Below, one piece after another: positions 1 through 12,100 of a stretch of 64,000 bases of DNA. The position numbers were made by a program, and so were the translations under genes. The notes beneath the pieces were generated by a model. It saw only the letters and a program-made list of their open reading frames with translations. It made no database searches and was not told where the DNA came from. The DNA comes from Ascoidea asiatica JCM 7603. Its lineage: Eukaryota; Fungi; Ascomycota. The stretch lies in contig BCKQ01000017.1 of NCBI GenBank assembly GCA_001600695.1, positions 222,629 through 286,628 on the forward strand, read 5' to 3'. How positions within the stretch are numbered: position 1 is the stretch's first letter; each line of letters opens with the position of its first letter.

Positions 1-3000
1 TGATTTGTTCGTCTTTCAATAAAATATTTTTTGGAATTTCTAGCTTTTTATCAGTTTCAAAAAAGACCTCTTTATAGACCTTTTCATTAATTCTATTGCA
101 AGTTTCTTTTGATATATCTTCTCCTACTTTCATTGTATCAGCTTTTTTTATCGATTGTTTTATTTCTCTAGATGATTTTACTAAATCATTTTCATAAATG
201 GGTTCAATCTCTTTCGTTGCAACTTGCTTTTCAAAAATTTCATTACCTGATTTTTCTTCTATTTTCTTTTGCAGTTGCTCTTCTTTCATTTCTTCTTTAG
301 GTTTTTCTTTAGCTGAATTTGACTTTTGAGCCTTAATGAGGTCAGTTTTTGAATTTTCATTGGTTACATCAACCGCCTTTTTGAGATTCGAATCCCTGGA
401 TTCAGATGAATTCAAAGATGAATGTTTTGAAAAGTCTTTAAAACTATCCATATTAGCATCTATTTTTTCAAAGTTGATACTTTTAGTGAGAAGTTCCTGA
501 TTATGATCTGGAGTAACATTTTCTACGTATGAATGTTCTTGACTTAAATTGCTTTGGTCAAATTTTTCATGGGCTGTTTTTTCATCCTTATTTAATAGAG
601 CTTCGGGAGAAGGCTTTACAACCAGATTTTCAAGTTTCTTAGAATCTATATCTTTTTGTCCTATAGCCATATTTTTTTCAATTATACTTTTTGAAATATC
701 CTCAAAGCCACTATCACTTGTCAAATTTGCTAAAGGAATGTCCTCGTTTACATCTAAAAAATCAGGAGGTATTTCTTCTCGTTTAAGTTCATTCAACTTC
801 ACAAGTTCATTCAAAGGCTCCCAATTATTATCAATGCCTTCTAATTTGAAGTTATAACTCTTGAAATCTTTGAAACTTGGACTTCTTTTAAATTTACCAA
901 ATTCTTCCTTATCTTCAGATAAATCTTCATTTGAAAACATAGTTTGGTTAATATCTTCATTTTCATTTTCCTCGCCTTCATCTTCAGCATCTTCTTCAGC
1001 TTCATTCTCCAATATGGGAGCAATAAAATCACACATTTCATAAAAGGGAACTGGTTCCTCATATTCTTTTTTTTCTTCATATGGATTATTTTTTGTTGTT
1101 AGATAATGAACTCTAGACTCGATAAACTTGTCTAATTGTTCATTAGCATTATATGGATCGCTACAAAATGTAGAAGTAGATTTCTTTAATCTTATACTTG
1201 TATCAGCTTCTTGATTAGTTATCACCTTTTTTTTTGTGTCATCCAGCTTTATTCCTTCCACTTTAGAAAGTGAGGGATCAAATGCCATTTCTATGTTTGA
1301 CAGGTCTTCATTTCTGGAAGAATCCAAAGGAAATTTTCTAGTAGGGTCAGGTGCAAAAGGTTCCCATGGAAATATAAACCTTGAATGTTGCTCAATTTGA
1401 TCTCCAAGCTTATTTTCAGAGCCTAGAGAGTTAACAACCTTTTTATTATCATCAGAAATTTTAGAGGTCTTTTGCTCATCTCCTATAGGTAAAATCTCTT
1501 CTTCTTTATTTGATACCTCTTTCTCTATAATTTTTTTATGAATGGCTGAGCTTCTATGTTTTTTTTGTTTTTTCTTTTTCTCTTTGATTTTTCCCTTGCC
1601 TGAAGGATAAAATTTTTTTGTCTGTTCTTCAAGAATTTTTTTTTTCTTTTCACGGTCATTATTTAGCCATTCAAGTCTTTGTTTATCTTTTTGCTCTTGT
1701 AAAGCTTTCATCACTTCAAATTTTTCTCTTCTTTTTTTTTCAAGCTTTTGAATTTGAAGCCAATCATTTTTAGCCTTTAGTTCTTCAGAAAGCCATTTTT
1801 CCTTAGCGATACGTTCATTTTCTATCCATTTTTCTTTTTCTCTTTCCTTGTGCTGCTTTTCAGCTTCAAATATTTTTTTTTTTTCCTTTTCTCTGAGACG
1901 AGCTTTTTCTAAACCAACAAGTTCTTGCTTCAACCATTCTTGTTTCGCAGCTTCCTCTTTATTTAACCATTCTGAAATATCAGCCTCTTCCTGTTTTTTT
2001 TTTATAAAATCTTTTTCCATTTGTTTATGCTGAATTAATTTGTAACTCTCTGCTTCTTTAGCTTGGCGTTCTTTTTCTAACCAATCATTTCTTGCAATAA
2101 GATTTTGTATCTCCAATTGTTCTTTAGCCCTTTGTTCATTTTGCAACCATTTTAGTCTGTCATTTTCTTTTTGTTCATTTTCCAACCATTTTATTCTGTC
2201 ATTTTCTTTTTGTTCATATGCCTTACGCTCATTTTCTAACCATTTCTTCCTTTCATTATTTTTTTGTTCTTTGGCTTTTTGTTCATTTTCCAACCATTCG
2301 GATTTTTCTTGTTCTTTTTTTAAATTAAATTCACGTTCATTTTTCAACCATTCTTGCTCTTGCTGAATTTTTTTTTCATTCTGATCTATGTCAATTTCTG
2401 TTTCTGAGCCTTTTTGCTGTTCTAGTTTTTTCTTTTGTGAATCAATGAAAACGGGTTCATTTTCCAACCATAGCTTTCTCTGTCTTATTTTTTCTCTTTT
2501 CTTCTTCTCAAGCAACTCAAAAATGTTTCTTCTATCATTTTCTTCTTTTTCCTTTTTAAGCCATTCATTTTTTGCTTTTTCCTCTTCCTGAAACCATTTT
2601 TGTTTTGAAATAAGTTCATTTTCTAACCATTCTTTAGTTTCCCTTTCTCTTTGTTTCTGTTCTATTTCTAAATTTTCAAAATATTTTCTTAAAAGATATT
2701 CTTCTTTTTCTTTTTGAAGCCATTCATTTTTAGCTTGCAATTCTTTTTCATACCAGTCTTGCTCTTCTTTTTCTTTACTTTTTTTTGCTAGCTCTTCATT
2801 TCTTCTTTTTTCCTCCTTTTCCATTTTCTTCTTTTCATTTTGGTCTAAAAGTTTCTGCTCTTCAAGTTCTTTTTTGTCTGTTTCTAAGCGAAGTAACTCA
2901 TTTTTCAAATTTTCTTCTTCATCTTTTTTCCGTTTGAGTTTTTCTTCATCTAAGAATCGTGTGAGAATATTTTTATTAATTGAATCAATCTCTAAGTCTG

Positions 3001-4339
3001 GTTTATAAGAAGACTCGTCATTCCAATTATATTTTTCTTGAAATGCTTCGTCATTTTTAGAGTTCAAAGTCAAAATACCAGAAGTATGGATGTCATTACT
3101 AAATTCTGGAACAGTTTTAAAGTTTGAGTAAGTGTCTGGATTCAAAAGTAATTCAATTATTTTTGAATCATTTTTATAATCTCTTTTTTCATTTTTAGAA
3201 TTGCTTTCAATTTCTTTCATATCATCAATTTTTTTCTCATGATTTACTATTAATTTAGCAGAGTTTTTTGAATCTTTCTTAATTAACTTTTCTTGGCATG
3301 ATATAGTTGAATCAAGTTTGTTTAAATTTTTATCTACATTCTCAATGAGATTTGAAGTATGGGTGTCAGATGATGAAATTAAAGAATTAGTAGTAGGATA
3401 AATAGGATCTGGAAAATTACTTAAAATATCTTCATTTGAGAAATTATTCTCATACCAAAGGTCCCACCATTTTTGAAGTAAATTATTATAAAGATAATTA
3501 TTTTGAGAATTATTTTGAGAAGTGATTGATGGAATTATTGACCATGGTTTTTTATTACCGATAAAATGAACGGCATTAATATCATCATGAAATCTTAGAA
3601 ATGCAGGATTATATTCATAATTTGGATTTGGAGTAACATTATAAAGAAAAGATAAATTCAACCAATCTCTTTCATTTGATTTATTGAATTTACCATTTGA
3701 ATTAAAAAATTCGTTTAATAAACCTTGATCAGCACCATCAAAAGAAGAAGTTATATTATTTAAATTCGAATTTATTATAATATTTAATAAGTTATTATAA
3801 ATTAATTTAGAAGGCTTGATTATTAATAAACCCGAATTAAAAATATCTGGCCAACCAGAATCTGGGGAAGCAATAATTTGATTTGAGTTTTGATTTTTAA
3901 AATTAGATAAATCGAATAAATGATCTAAATTCTTTAAAATTAAAAAATCGGAGTCTAAATAAATTAAAGTATTAAACTTATTTTCAAAATTGAAAATATT
4001 AATTTTAGACAAAGTATAAATTAAATCAGGTCTTTTTAAATTATGAATTAAAAGATTCAAATTTGAATAATTTTGTAAAGAAATCAAATCAAATTCAATT
4101 AACTGACTAAAATTTTTTTTTAATAAATTTAATTGAGGTTTTGTAAAATAAAAATTTGATTTTTTTGGAATTAAACAAATATATTCACCAGCTATTGAAT
4201 TTGTTTTTTTTAAAGAATTAATTAAATTCAAAGTACCCGGTAAATAATTTTGAGAATATAATAAAGTTATATAAGCATTTGGTAATGGCTTTTTTTCTTC
4301 AAATCTATTCTGATTGAAATTGGTAATCAAAGATGACAT
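1..4339 (-). CDS. Glycogenin (GT8 self-glucosylating initiator, GLG1/GLG2 family) with very long C-terminal extension; 3' end lies beyond window
   Basis: Hand translation from ATG at 4339: MSSLITNF...AYITLLYSQNYLPG...YLDSD (DxD)...SPDSGWPDIFNSG...SFDGADQGLLNEFF...YNVTPNPNYEYNPAF...VHFIGNKKPW...KWW. The frame appears open to base 1 (in-frame checks at 2755, 1669, 1366), which explains its absence from the ORF track. Confidence 0.93.
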   Translation of the reverse strand, partial: MSSLITNFNQNRFEEKKPLPNAYITLLYSQNYLPGTLNLINSLKKTNSIAGEYICLIPKKSNFYFTKPQLNLLKKNFSQLIEFDLISLQNYSNLNLLIHNLKRPDLIYTLSKINIFNFENKFNTLIYLDSDFLILKNLDHLFDLSNFKNQNSNQIIASPDSGWPDIFNSGLLIIKPSKLIYNNLLNIIINSNLNNITSSFDGADQGLLNEFFNSNGKFNKSNERDWLNLSFLYNVTPNPNYEYNPAFLRFHDDINAVHFIGNKKPWSIIPSITSQNNSQNNYLYNNLLQKWWDLWYENNFSNEDILSNFPDPIYPTTNSLISSSDTHTSNLIENVDKNLNKLDSTISCQEKLIKKDSKNSAKLIVNHEKKIDDMKEIESNSKNEKRDYKNDSKIIELLLNPDTYSNFKTVPEFSNDIHTSGILTLNSKNDEAFQEKYNWNDESSYKPDLEIDSINKNILTRFLDEEKLKRKKDEEENLKNELLRLETDKKELEEQKLLDQNEKKKMEKEEKRRNEELAKKSKEKEEQDWYEKELQAKNEWLQKEKEEYLLRKYFENLEIEQKQRERETKEWLENELISKQKWFQEEEKAKNEWLKKEKEENDRRNIFELLEKKKREKIRQRKLWLENEPVFIDSQKKKLEQQKGSETEIDIDQNEKKIQQEQEWLKNEREFNLKKEQEKSEWLENEQKAKEQKNNERKKWLENERKAYEQKENDRIKWLENEQKENDRLKWLQNEQRAKEQLEIQNLIARNDWLEKERQAKEAESYKLIQHKQMEKDFIKKKQEEADISEWLNKEEAAKQEWLKQELVGLEKARLREKEKKKIFEAEKQHKEREKEKWIENERIAKEKWLSEELKAKNDWLQIQKLEKKRREKFEVMKALQEQKDKQRLEWLNNDREKKKKILEEQTKKFYPSGKGKIKEKKKKQKKHRSSAIHKKIIEKEVSNKEEEILPIGDEQKTSKISDDNKKVVNSLGSENKLGDQIEQHSRFIFPWEPFAPDPTRKFPLDSSRNEDLSNIEMAFDPSLSKVEGIKLDDTKKKVITNQEADTSIRLKKSTSTFCSDPYNANEQLDKFIESRVHYLTTKNNPYEEKKEYEEPVPFYEMCDFIAPILENEAEEDAEDEGEENENEDINQTMFSNEDLSEDKEEFGKFKRSPSFKDFKSYNFKLEGIDNNWEPLNELVKLNELKREEIPPDFLDVNEDIPLANLTSDSGFEDISKSIIEKNMAIGQKDIDSKKLENLVVKPSPEALLNKDEKTAHEKFDQSNLSQEHSYVENVTPDHNQELLTKSINFEKIDANMDSFKDFSKHSSLNSSESRDSNLKKAVDVTNENSKTDLIKAQKSNSAKEKPKEEMKEEQLQKKIEEKSGNEIFEKQVATKEIEPIYENDLVKSSREIKQSIKKADTMKVGEDISKETCNRINEKVYKEVFFETDKKLEIPKNILLKDEQI

Positions 4340-4364
4340 TTTTTTTAAAATTATTCGGAATTGT

Positions 4365-4423
4365 TTGATATTTTGATATTTTGATATTTTGATATTTTGA
4401 TTTTTGATTTTTGATTTTTGATT
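4365..4423. repeat. TTGATATT / TTGATT short tandem repeat just upstream of the glycogenin ATG
   Basis: Seen directly. Confidence 0.8.
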
Positions 4424-4720
4424 TTTTTTTATGATTAATTAATGTTATTATTAAAGCTTTTAATATTTTTTTGATTTAATTGGATGTAGAATTGTATTTC
4501 AAAAATTATAGAAATCCAATTTGGATAAAAAAAAGGAAAAGAAATAAAATAAAAATGAAAAAATGCAAGATATATAGAAATAAATAATAAATAAACTATT
4601 TAAAAAATGTAATTAAAAAGAGAAATAGAAATATGAATAGAAATAAGAACTGGGTTGGATTGAATTTGAAATGAATTGAAATTTGTAGAATCTAATAAAT
4701 TCATAAGTGACAATTAATTA

Positions 4721-4749
4721 ATTGATTGATTGATTGATTGATTGATTGA
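4721..4749. repeat. (ATTG)7 microsatellite
   Basis: Seen directly. Confidence 0.9.
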
Positions 4750-5367
4750 CCAAGAAATTGAAGATAGAAGTGAATGAATAAATGTTGTTGGAAAACAAAA
4801 TACAAAGGATACAAGGATACAAAAACTCCTTGAATTTGAAGAGTAAGTTAGTGATATGAATGAAAAATAAATGAAATATGTATGAAATATATATGAAATA
4901 TATATGAAATATTGAAATATCTTTCAAACAATTGAATTTTATATATTGAAAGAATGATAAAAAAAAATAATCAAATGAGAAATATAAAAGTAATGAGAAA
5001 TTGACGAAATAAATATATTTTTAAATAAGATTAAATTACTGCAAAAAAAAGTTCAGTGCAAGGAAAAGAGAGTTATAAATTTATATGATAAGCAAATGCA
5101 GCAAGGCAAGATTGACTTTACATAAAAATCGATACTGAGATTAGTCTGAATATATGACAATGGCTATTGAATAAAAAGAGAAATTGATAAATAACTGGTG
5201 AACAATTGGTGAACAACTGGAAAATATTGATAAGTTGTGTATTCTTTTTTAGTGAATATTTAGTATTTATTTAAATAATATTTAATAATAATTTAATAAT
5301 AATTTAATATCAACCCAATATTAAACCAATAGTAACATAATATTCCTTCAATATTTATCCAATATCA

Positions 5368-5412
5368 TATTAGAATATTAGAATATTAGAATATTAGAAT
5401 ATTAGAATATTA
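5368..5412. repeat. (TATTAGAA)5 tandem repeat
   Basis: Seen directly. Confidence 0.9.
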
Positions 5413-5731
5413 CTGTAACAATTACAATGATGATTACAGTAATAGATAGATGGATTCTCAGTTTATTCGCTTTATTCGCTTTATTGGCTTCATCCAGCTT
5501 ATTCTATGGCTTTATTTCAGTGGAGTGCTTATGAGAAATTAAACAAAGAACCAAAAATTAATCGAAGCTCAACTTTGAAACTTAAGTTTTCTCAAAAGGG
5601 CATTGTGAGTTTTAAACTTTCTTCTCCAACCCACCAATTTACGGATGTCTTTCGGCTAAAACAACATGCCGTGATATCACTGCAAAACTGAAAAGAAGTA
5701 CAACACATGCCTTCTTCAAGCTGTATTAACC

Positions 5732-5981
5732 CCCCTTTAAAACAGCACTTTCTATTATATTCGAACTTCCAGTAAATCTTTTCAAAGTAATTGATTAAAG
5801 TTTTTGAAATAAAGACCACTCTCATGGATATTCTCATCTGTATCTCAATGCATATTTAGTTTACCCACAAAGCTGGCAATTAAAAAGGCTGATCCACAGC
5901 AAGGGGTTAGACCCACTAAGATGGTTTTTTTAGCACACCACAAAACAACTCAATGCCACTTGCTTTTCCTGGTTTAAGGGG
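5732..5981. promoter_or_regulatory. Cluster of three STRE-like elements (CCCCT/AGGGG) upstream of glycogenin
   Basis: CCCCT 5732-5736, AGGGG 5902-5906, AGGGG 5977-5981; glycogen genes are Msn2/4 targets in yeasts. Confidence 0.35.
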
Positions 5982-8900
5982 TATATCAAACTCAGTAAAA
6001 ATAAATACGCTTTTGGGTATATTCCGTTTTAACTAAAGAATCGGCTTTTCAATTATACATATACTCAACCATAGCTACTGCTGAAAGTTTAAACTTTATT
6101 AAAAAGCAGAAATATACAGGACTTTGCATTTTGAGCTACATATACTGGTTTTCAACCTTTTTGGGTTAGTAGTGATCAGCGACATCGATGGTTACGAATG
6201 TGAAAATCTCTTTAGAAACACTCACTTTCCGTATACAGTGTTTTAAATTAAGATTTTATTTTATTCACAGAAGAAATTTATTTCCCTTATAATAAACAAT
6301 TTCTAAATTTACATCTTTTTAGAATTTATCAATAATCAAAAATTAACATTAAAAAATTACGTATTTCGGCTCGTAGTTACAAATTTTATTTTGCAGTATT
6401 TTGGTCTCCTTTAAAATTTTGTAAATCTTGAAAATTTCAACCTGTTTGAACCAACTTTACAGATTTAGTTGAACTTCATATTGAATATTAATAATATTAA
6501 GAATGTTGGATTTTTCAATAGTGGTGAGTTTTCTTCAATTGAATAAGTATTCGTAAATTTTCTTTTAAGGGCAGTTTTAATTTCATTCATTTTTTTTTAT
6601 TTGTTTTGAAATCTTGAGTGTATAAAATTATCAGATTGTTCATTTTTATTTATCCATTTAATAGATAAAACCGTGCCTACATTTTCAATTGAAGAAGCCC
6701 TTTTAGCACCAAAGTAGTATTAGACATTACTTTTCCTTAGAATTTAATTGGATTTTTTGTTGAATTTTTTTTTGCTTGCTAAAATTTTGTTTTCTTACTC
6801 GAGTCTTTTGTTTAAGAATTATTTGAGAATCAACTTAGTTATCAGTTGAGACTGATGCTACTTAAATACGCCCAAATAAAATTCATTTGTTAGTAAAGTT
6901 ATCAAAAACTTTGACAAAAACATAAGAAAAAAAAATAACCTCTAACTTTCATCGAGGTCAATTACTACCAGTCCTAGTGGTGTTAATTTTCAATGAATTT
7001 CAAATAAACATAAATTTGTATTTGATCAATCTAATTAGAAAAGAAAAAATAGCCCAATTGGTAATATTTGTTCACGCATATTATTACTTCTTAATGCAGA
7101 ATTTAAGAAAATGTGTTACCCCGGTGACAACCTTCTCCGGAAACATAAGGATTTTTTTTATGCATACTTTAAAAGTACATTGCCTTATAAGAGGTTTATG
7201 CCTTTAATTCGAATTATAATTTCTCAAACTTCTATTATTACTACTATTATTACAGTAGTAAAAGGATTTCTACACTGTATCCTAAATAACTACTTACTAA
7301 CAGTATAAGCACATTTCTAGGTTCGTGCAACCTAGATTATCATGGAGTTTTTGAAACTTTGAATTACTTCAAATTGATTATTATCAGGAATACTTATACC
7401 AAATTTGAAAAGATTTGATTTGATGACAATACTTGTATGAAAGGATTCAACTATTTTTCTTCAGAGTTATAACTTCTAGAACACACAGCCATATTATTGG
7501 AATCTCCTTTCATTTAGATATTAGAGGAGCAAATGAGAAAAAAGTATCCCGTTTTTTTTATCTGGATCCTGTTTGTAGATTTTTCAATAATAAAAAGTTT
7601 AAATAAAAAACAGATTTATTTTTCTGAAATTAGAATTAAACATCCGATAATATTCAATTGGGTATTAAATAATAGATAAATCTATTCAACAATTCTAAAA
7701 TATTTATAAATCTACAGTAATAAATTTTACAAATGAAAAACAATCATCACATACCAATTCTCATTTTCTAATTCAGCAAAGAGATCCAAATAATGAAGTA
7801 TTTTTATTCAATCGATGATCGCTTGCGCTGCCCTTAATGGCTTATACAACCTGCACAAATGGGATCCCACTCCTTAATTTCCTGGTATTGTCTAGGCAGA
7901 TCTTTGCGACTTTGAGGTGTCAGCTGCGTTTGGCTAAAACCTAAACCCGCTACCTTCCATACTTCCAGTAATCGCTGCCAGCAAAACTGTACAATCATTT
8001 CTACAATAAAAAATAGCTTTACTACTAGTAATTTGATTGAATTTACCGTAAGTAACTTTACAATACTAAATTTCTAATTCAATTCAACTCAATTCAATTC
8101 AATCCAATTCAATTTGAAATATCATTATATTATATTAAACTACATCAAATCTATACTCATAATAATATTTTTTTCAGTTCCTCAGCTATTCAATTCGTCA
8201 GTTCTTTTCTAGAAAATTTGAATTATAATTAAAATCAGGTTTTATTTAAAATCATTAACATACTAATCAAAAAAATAAAAAGTTATACCTGATAAATTAT
8301 CAATCTCATACAAGCGTTTTAATAATATCAATATTATGTACATAATTTTATTCAAAACAATTGTTTATATCTCAACTGAAATAAATTTTCAATCAACTGC
8401 AATTTAATTCGTTTTATTATAGCAAAAATTTAAATTATATGTCAATTAAACTATTCTTCTATTTTTTTAGTTCATAATATACTGTATTTGTTCATCAATT
8501 AAATCACATATTATTTATCAAAACTTTCATTGAATTTTACTATATTAACTTCATTAATCTTACTCTGATTTTCAATTAATTTGTGATTATAATCTATTTA
8601 ATATACAAGAGTTCACTAGTATTTTCAAAAAGACAATCCCTTTCCAAAGTACAATACAATCTACAATACAAATAATATACAATAATATATATTGAAGTAC
8701 ATTAAATCAATTATTGTTATTTAAACCTTTGTATTCTCTTCTTCAAAATATATCTTTTATTATATTCAAAATATTAAAATTATTTGTTCGTGAATTGTTT
8801 ATCTCTCAATAATTTTATTCAAAATCTTAATACTAAATAATATAACTTAAATAATTATTCGAACTTCTTTACATCAATATTCACTTCCATATTCATATAT

Positions 8901-9144
8901 ATTTCAACCTTTTTATTCCCACTTTCACCTGATTTCATATTCCTTAAACCTTTCTATATTCTTACTCATATCAAAACTTTCATATAAAACTTAATTATCA
9001 AACTAGTAATCTATAGTTTATTAATTATAAATTTTTTTTTCTTTTTATAATTATATTTATCATTTCAATTTTATCATTTCCATTTTATCAATAGTAGTTT
9101 TAATTAAAATCATAAAAATATATATTATTTTTTACCTTTTTTCA

Positions 9145-12100
9145 ATGTCAAATCCAATTCAACTATCTAATAAAAGTAAATCATTCAATAACTCAAATAA
9201 CTCAAAAATTGGAAATAATAAAAATGATGAAATTGAAAACAAAAACAAAGACTCAATTATTACCAAAATACAAGAAAAAGGAGAAAAAAAACAAATAAAT
9301 CTAATAGAAAAAACTCCAGAACTTAAAAAATTTGACAAAATTAATGGAACTAATAATATCATAATCTCCAATGATAAAATTCAGCTTAAACAAAAAAAAA
9401 CAAGAACAAGAAATGGATGTTTAACTTGTCGTGATCGTCATTTGAAATGTGATGAAGCAAGCCCAATATGCTGGAATTGTTTAAAAACTTCAAGAAAATG
9501 TATTAAAGGGACTAGATTAAATTTTATAAAATGTGAATTATTCAAAGATTTCAATCAATCAAATTTACCTTCTGAAATAAGATTCAATAATAGCTCTTTT
9601 TTGGATCATTCAATTTCGGTTGCTTCTTGTTATCAAAACGGTTTGAATTCTTACAAAAATTATATCAATTTTCATGATAAAAGTGATTTAGCTAAAAGTG
9701 ACTTAGAATTCAAACAAGATTTAAGTATAAATATAAATAGTTTCATTAAAAAGCAAGAACAAGAAGAGCGTAAAAAAATGAAACAAGATAAAAAAAGGGA
9801 GCAACAGTTACAAAAACAATTACAAAAGAAAAGACAAAAATTAATGGAGAAAAATGCCACTTTACTAAATAAAAAAAAAAAAAACAGCGAAGTCAATAAT
9901 AAATCAACTGATAACAGCGTAAATAACGAAGATATAAATGATGTTTATATCAATTCACTGAAACCTGTTGAATTGAATAAGAGAAGAAAATTATCACCGC
10001 AAAGTATCAAAATAATAACTCCTTCGCTTGGTGAAATTAGTAACCTAGATTCAGCTACTGTTGTTAATACTGTAAATCAAATTTTCTCCGAAAGTTCTGA
10101 TGAAAATCCTGACTTAAGTTTATCAAGTGATTCTTCAACTTTAAATGAACTGGCTAGTGCAATCAATGAAACAATCACCCAATACATAAACTCTCCAAAT
10201 TCAATTGAAGTTTCCCTGGAAAATATTTCTCCTGAGAGTGCCTTATTCAGATCTAAATATCAAACAGAATCTTATAATGATAACCTAAATCAAGTCAAAG
10301 CTTTAATGAGTAATCCTCAATTTTTTTCTGATTTAAAAAATGTGTCTTTGAATCATTTTTCAAACTCCAATAATGAAGCTCAGATGAAACTATTCGAAAA
10401 TCTTCCACCAACTCATAATTTACATCTAACACCTCATACTGATTATGAGTATAAAGATGGATATGATGTATTTAATGAATATGAATATTACCTTCAAAAA
10501 TCTAGAACTGAAGGTGTACAGGCTCCTGTTCCTCAGCCAACTCATTTATTAAATAATCAAATTAATACATTTAATTATGTATTAGATAATACTTTGACTA
10601 ATCCTTTGAATAATCCTCTAAATAATCCTCTAAATAATCCTCTAAATAATCCTCTAAATAATTCTCTAAATAATCCTCTAAATAATCCTCTAAATAATCC
10701 TCTAAATAATTCTCTAAATAATCCTTTGAACAATCCTTTAAATAATTCTTTAAATAATCCTCTAAATAATCCCTTACATAACTCTTTTATCAACCCAACA
10801 ACAAATCTCCCTTTAAATGACATTACTGGTTCTCCATTTGACAAATCATGGAACAATGCTTTAGGTAATACCCAAAGCAATTCATTAAATCTTTCGATAA
10901 ATAATTCTATGAACAGTTCGATAGGCAATGCAACAGGTCTATCAATGGATAACACAATAAGCCTACCAATGAGCATTCCAATGAACATTCCAATCGACAG
11001 TTCTATTATCAATACAGTTAGGAATCAATCTTCAATCAATATACCGTTTAACACTCACCATCACAACCAGGTTCATAATCAATTTATTAATGAAATGAAT
11101 GTTCCAATAGATTTCTCTTTAAATAATCCGACAGGTAATTCGATTGTTGATTCATTTCATAATCCCATGGATAGCTCCATGATAGTCCATGAACTTTTAA
11201 GTAATTCGGTTACGTTACCTTTCAGTAATATACTTAACTCTCCTATTGATGATGACCGAGGACATTCCATTAATGATAAAATAAAATTTCGGATCGAGAA
11301 TCAATCGCATCCCCATGTAGAGAATGAATTTAGCCAATTAAAAAATGTTCAAAGAACAGATCACAAAATAGTTCCTTCTTTTCATTCTGATAATACATCT
11401 CTTTTAGTGAACTCAACATTGTCACCGTTATCTAACTTATCTGAAACTAAATTATATTCAAGCTATATTATGAACTCCACTCCTTTTTTAGATTTATTTA
11501 ATGATGTTTCTCTCTTCAAAAAGATAATTTCTCATTTAAGTTTGTTGAAAGATAACAACAATAATATTGATTACAAAAATAAAGCTCAAACATCCAAGAC
11601 ATATAATAGCAAGCTAAACAATGATCATAACTTATTATATAATAGTGTAATTTGCTGTGGTGCAAGTTCTTATAGTTTAACCAATCCTAAAGGTTTGAAT
11701 ATAGATTCAACATTAGTATTGTATCGCAAACTTTCTTTGAATCTCCAGATGAATTTATTCGAAAATTTCTTTCAAAAGGGTTGGTCACTTCTTTCTAATG
11801 ATTTTATCAGTAGCTTCAAATCAACATCAACCGAGAATAAAGGGTTATCACATCTTTATCAACAAAAACTAGAAGAATTCATAATCTCATGTGCGCTACT
11901 CTTAAGCTCGAATCATTTTAACAATAGCTTCTTAGCAATGAAAAATCTTTTGGAAAACTTGAATAAAATGAAGAATTCCAATGGTTTCACAAATTGTTTA
12001 GACCTTCTTTTATCTTCAGAAGCAGAAGCTCAATTTCAAAGTTCAAAAGTAAATTTGACTATGAAGACCAGTAAGGCCTCCCTAGAAAATCAAGATTATA

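Noticed and set aside
549-2591. Short ORFs in the track (549-857, 841-1080, 861-1043, 1848-2033, 2388-2591)
   Set aside because: Antisense or off-frame shadows of the glycogenin gene
10575-11012. 145-aa minus ORF with GLFR repeats
   Set aside because: Antisense reading of the NNPL minisatellite
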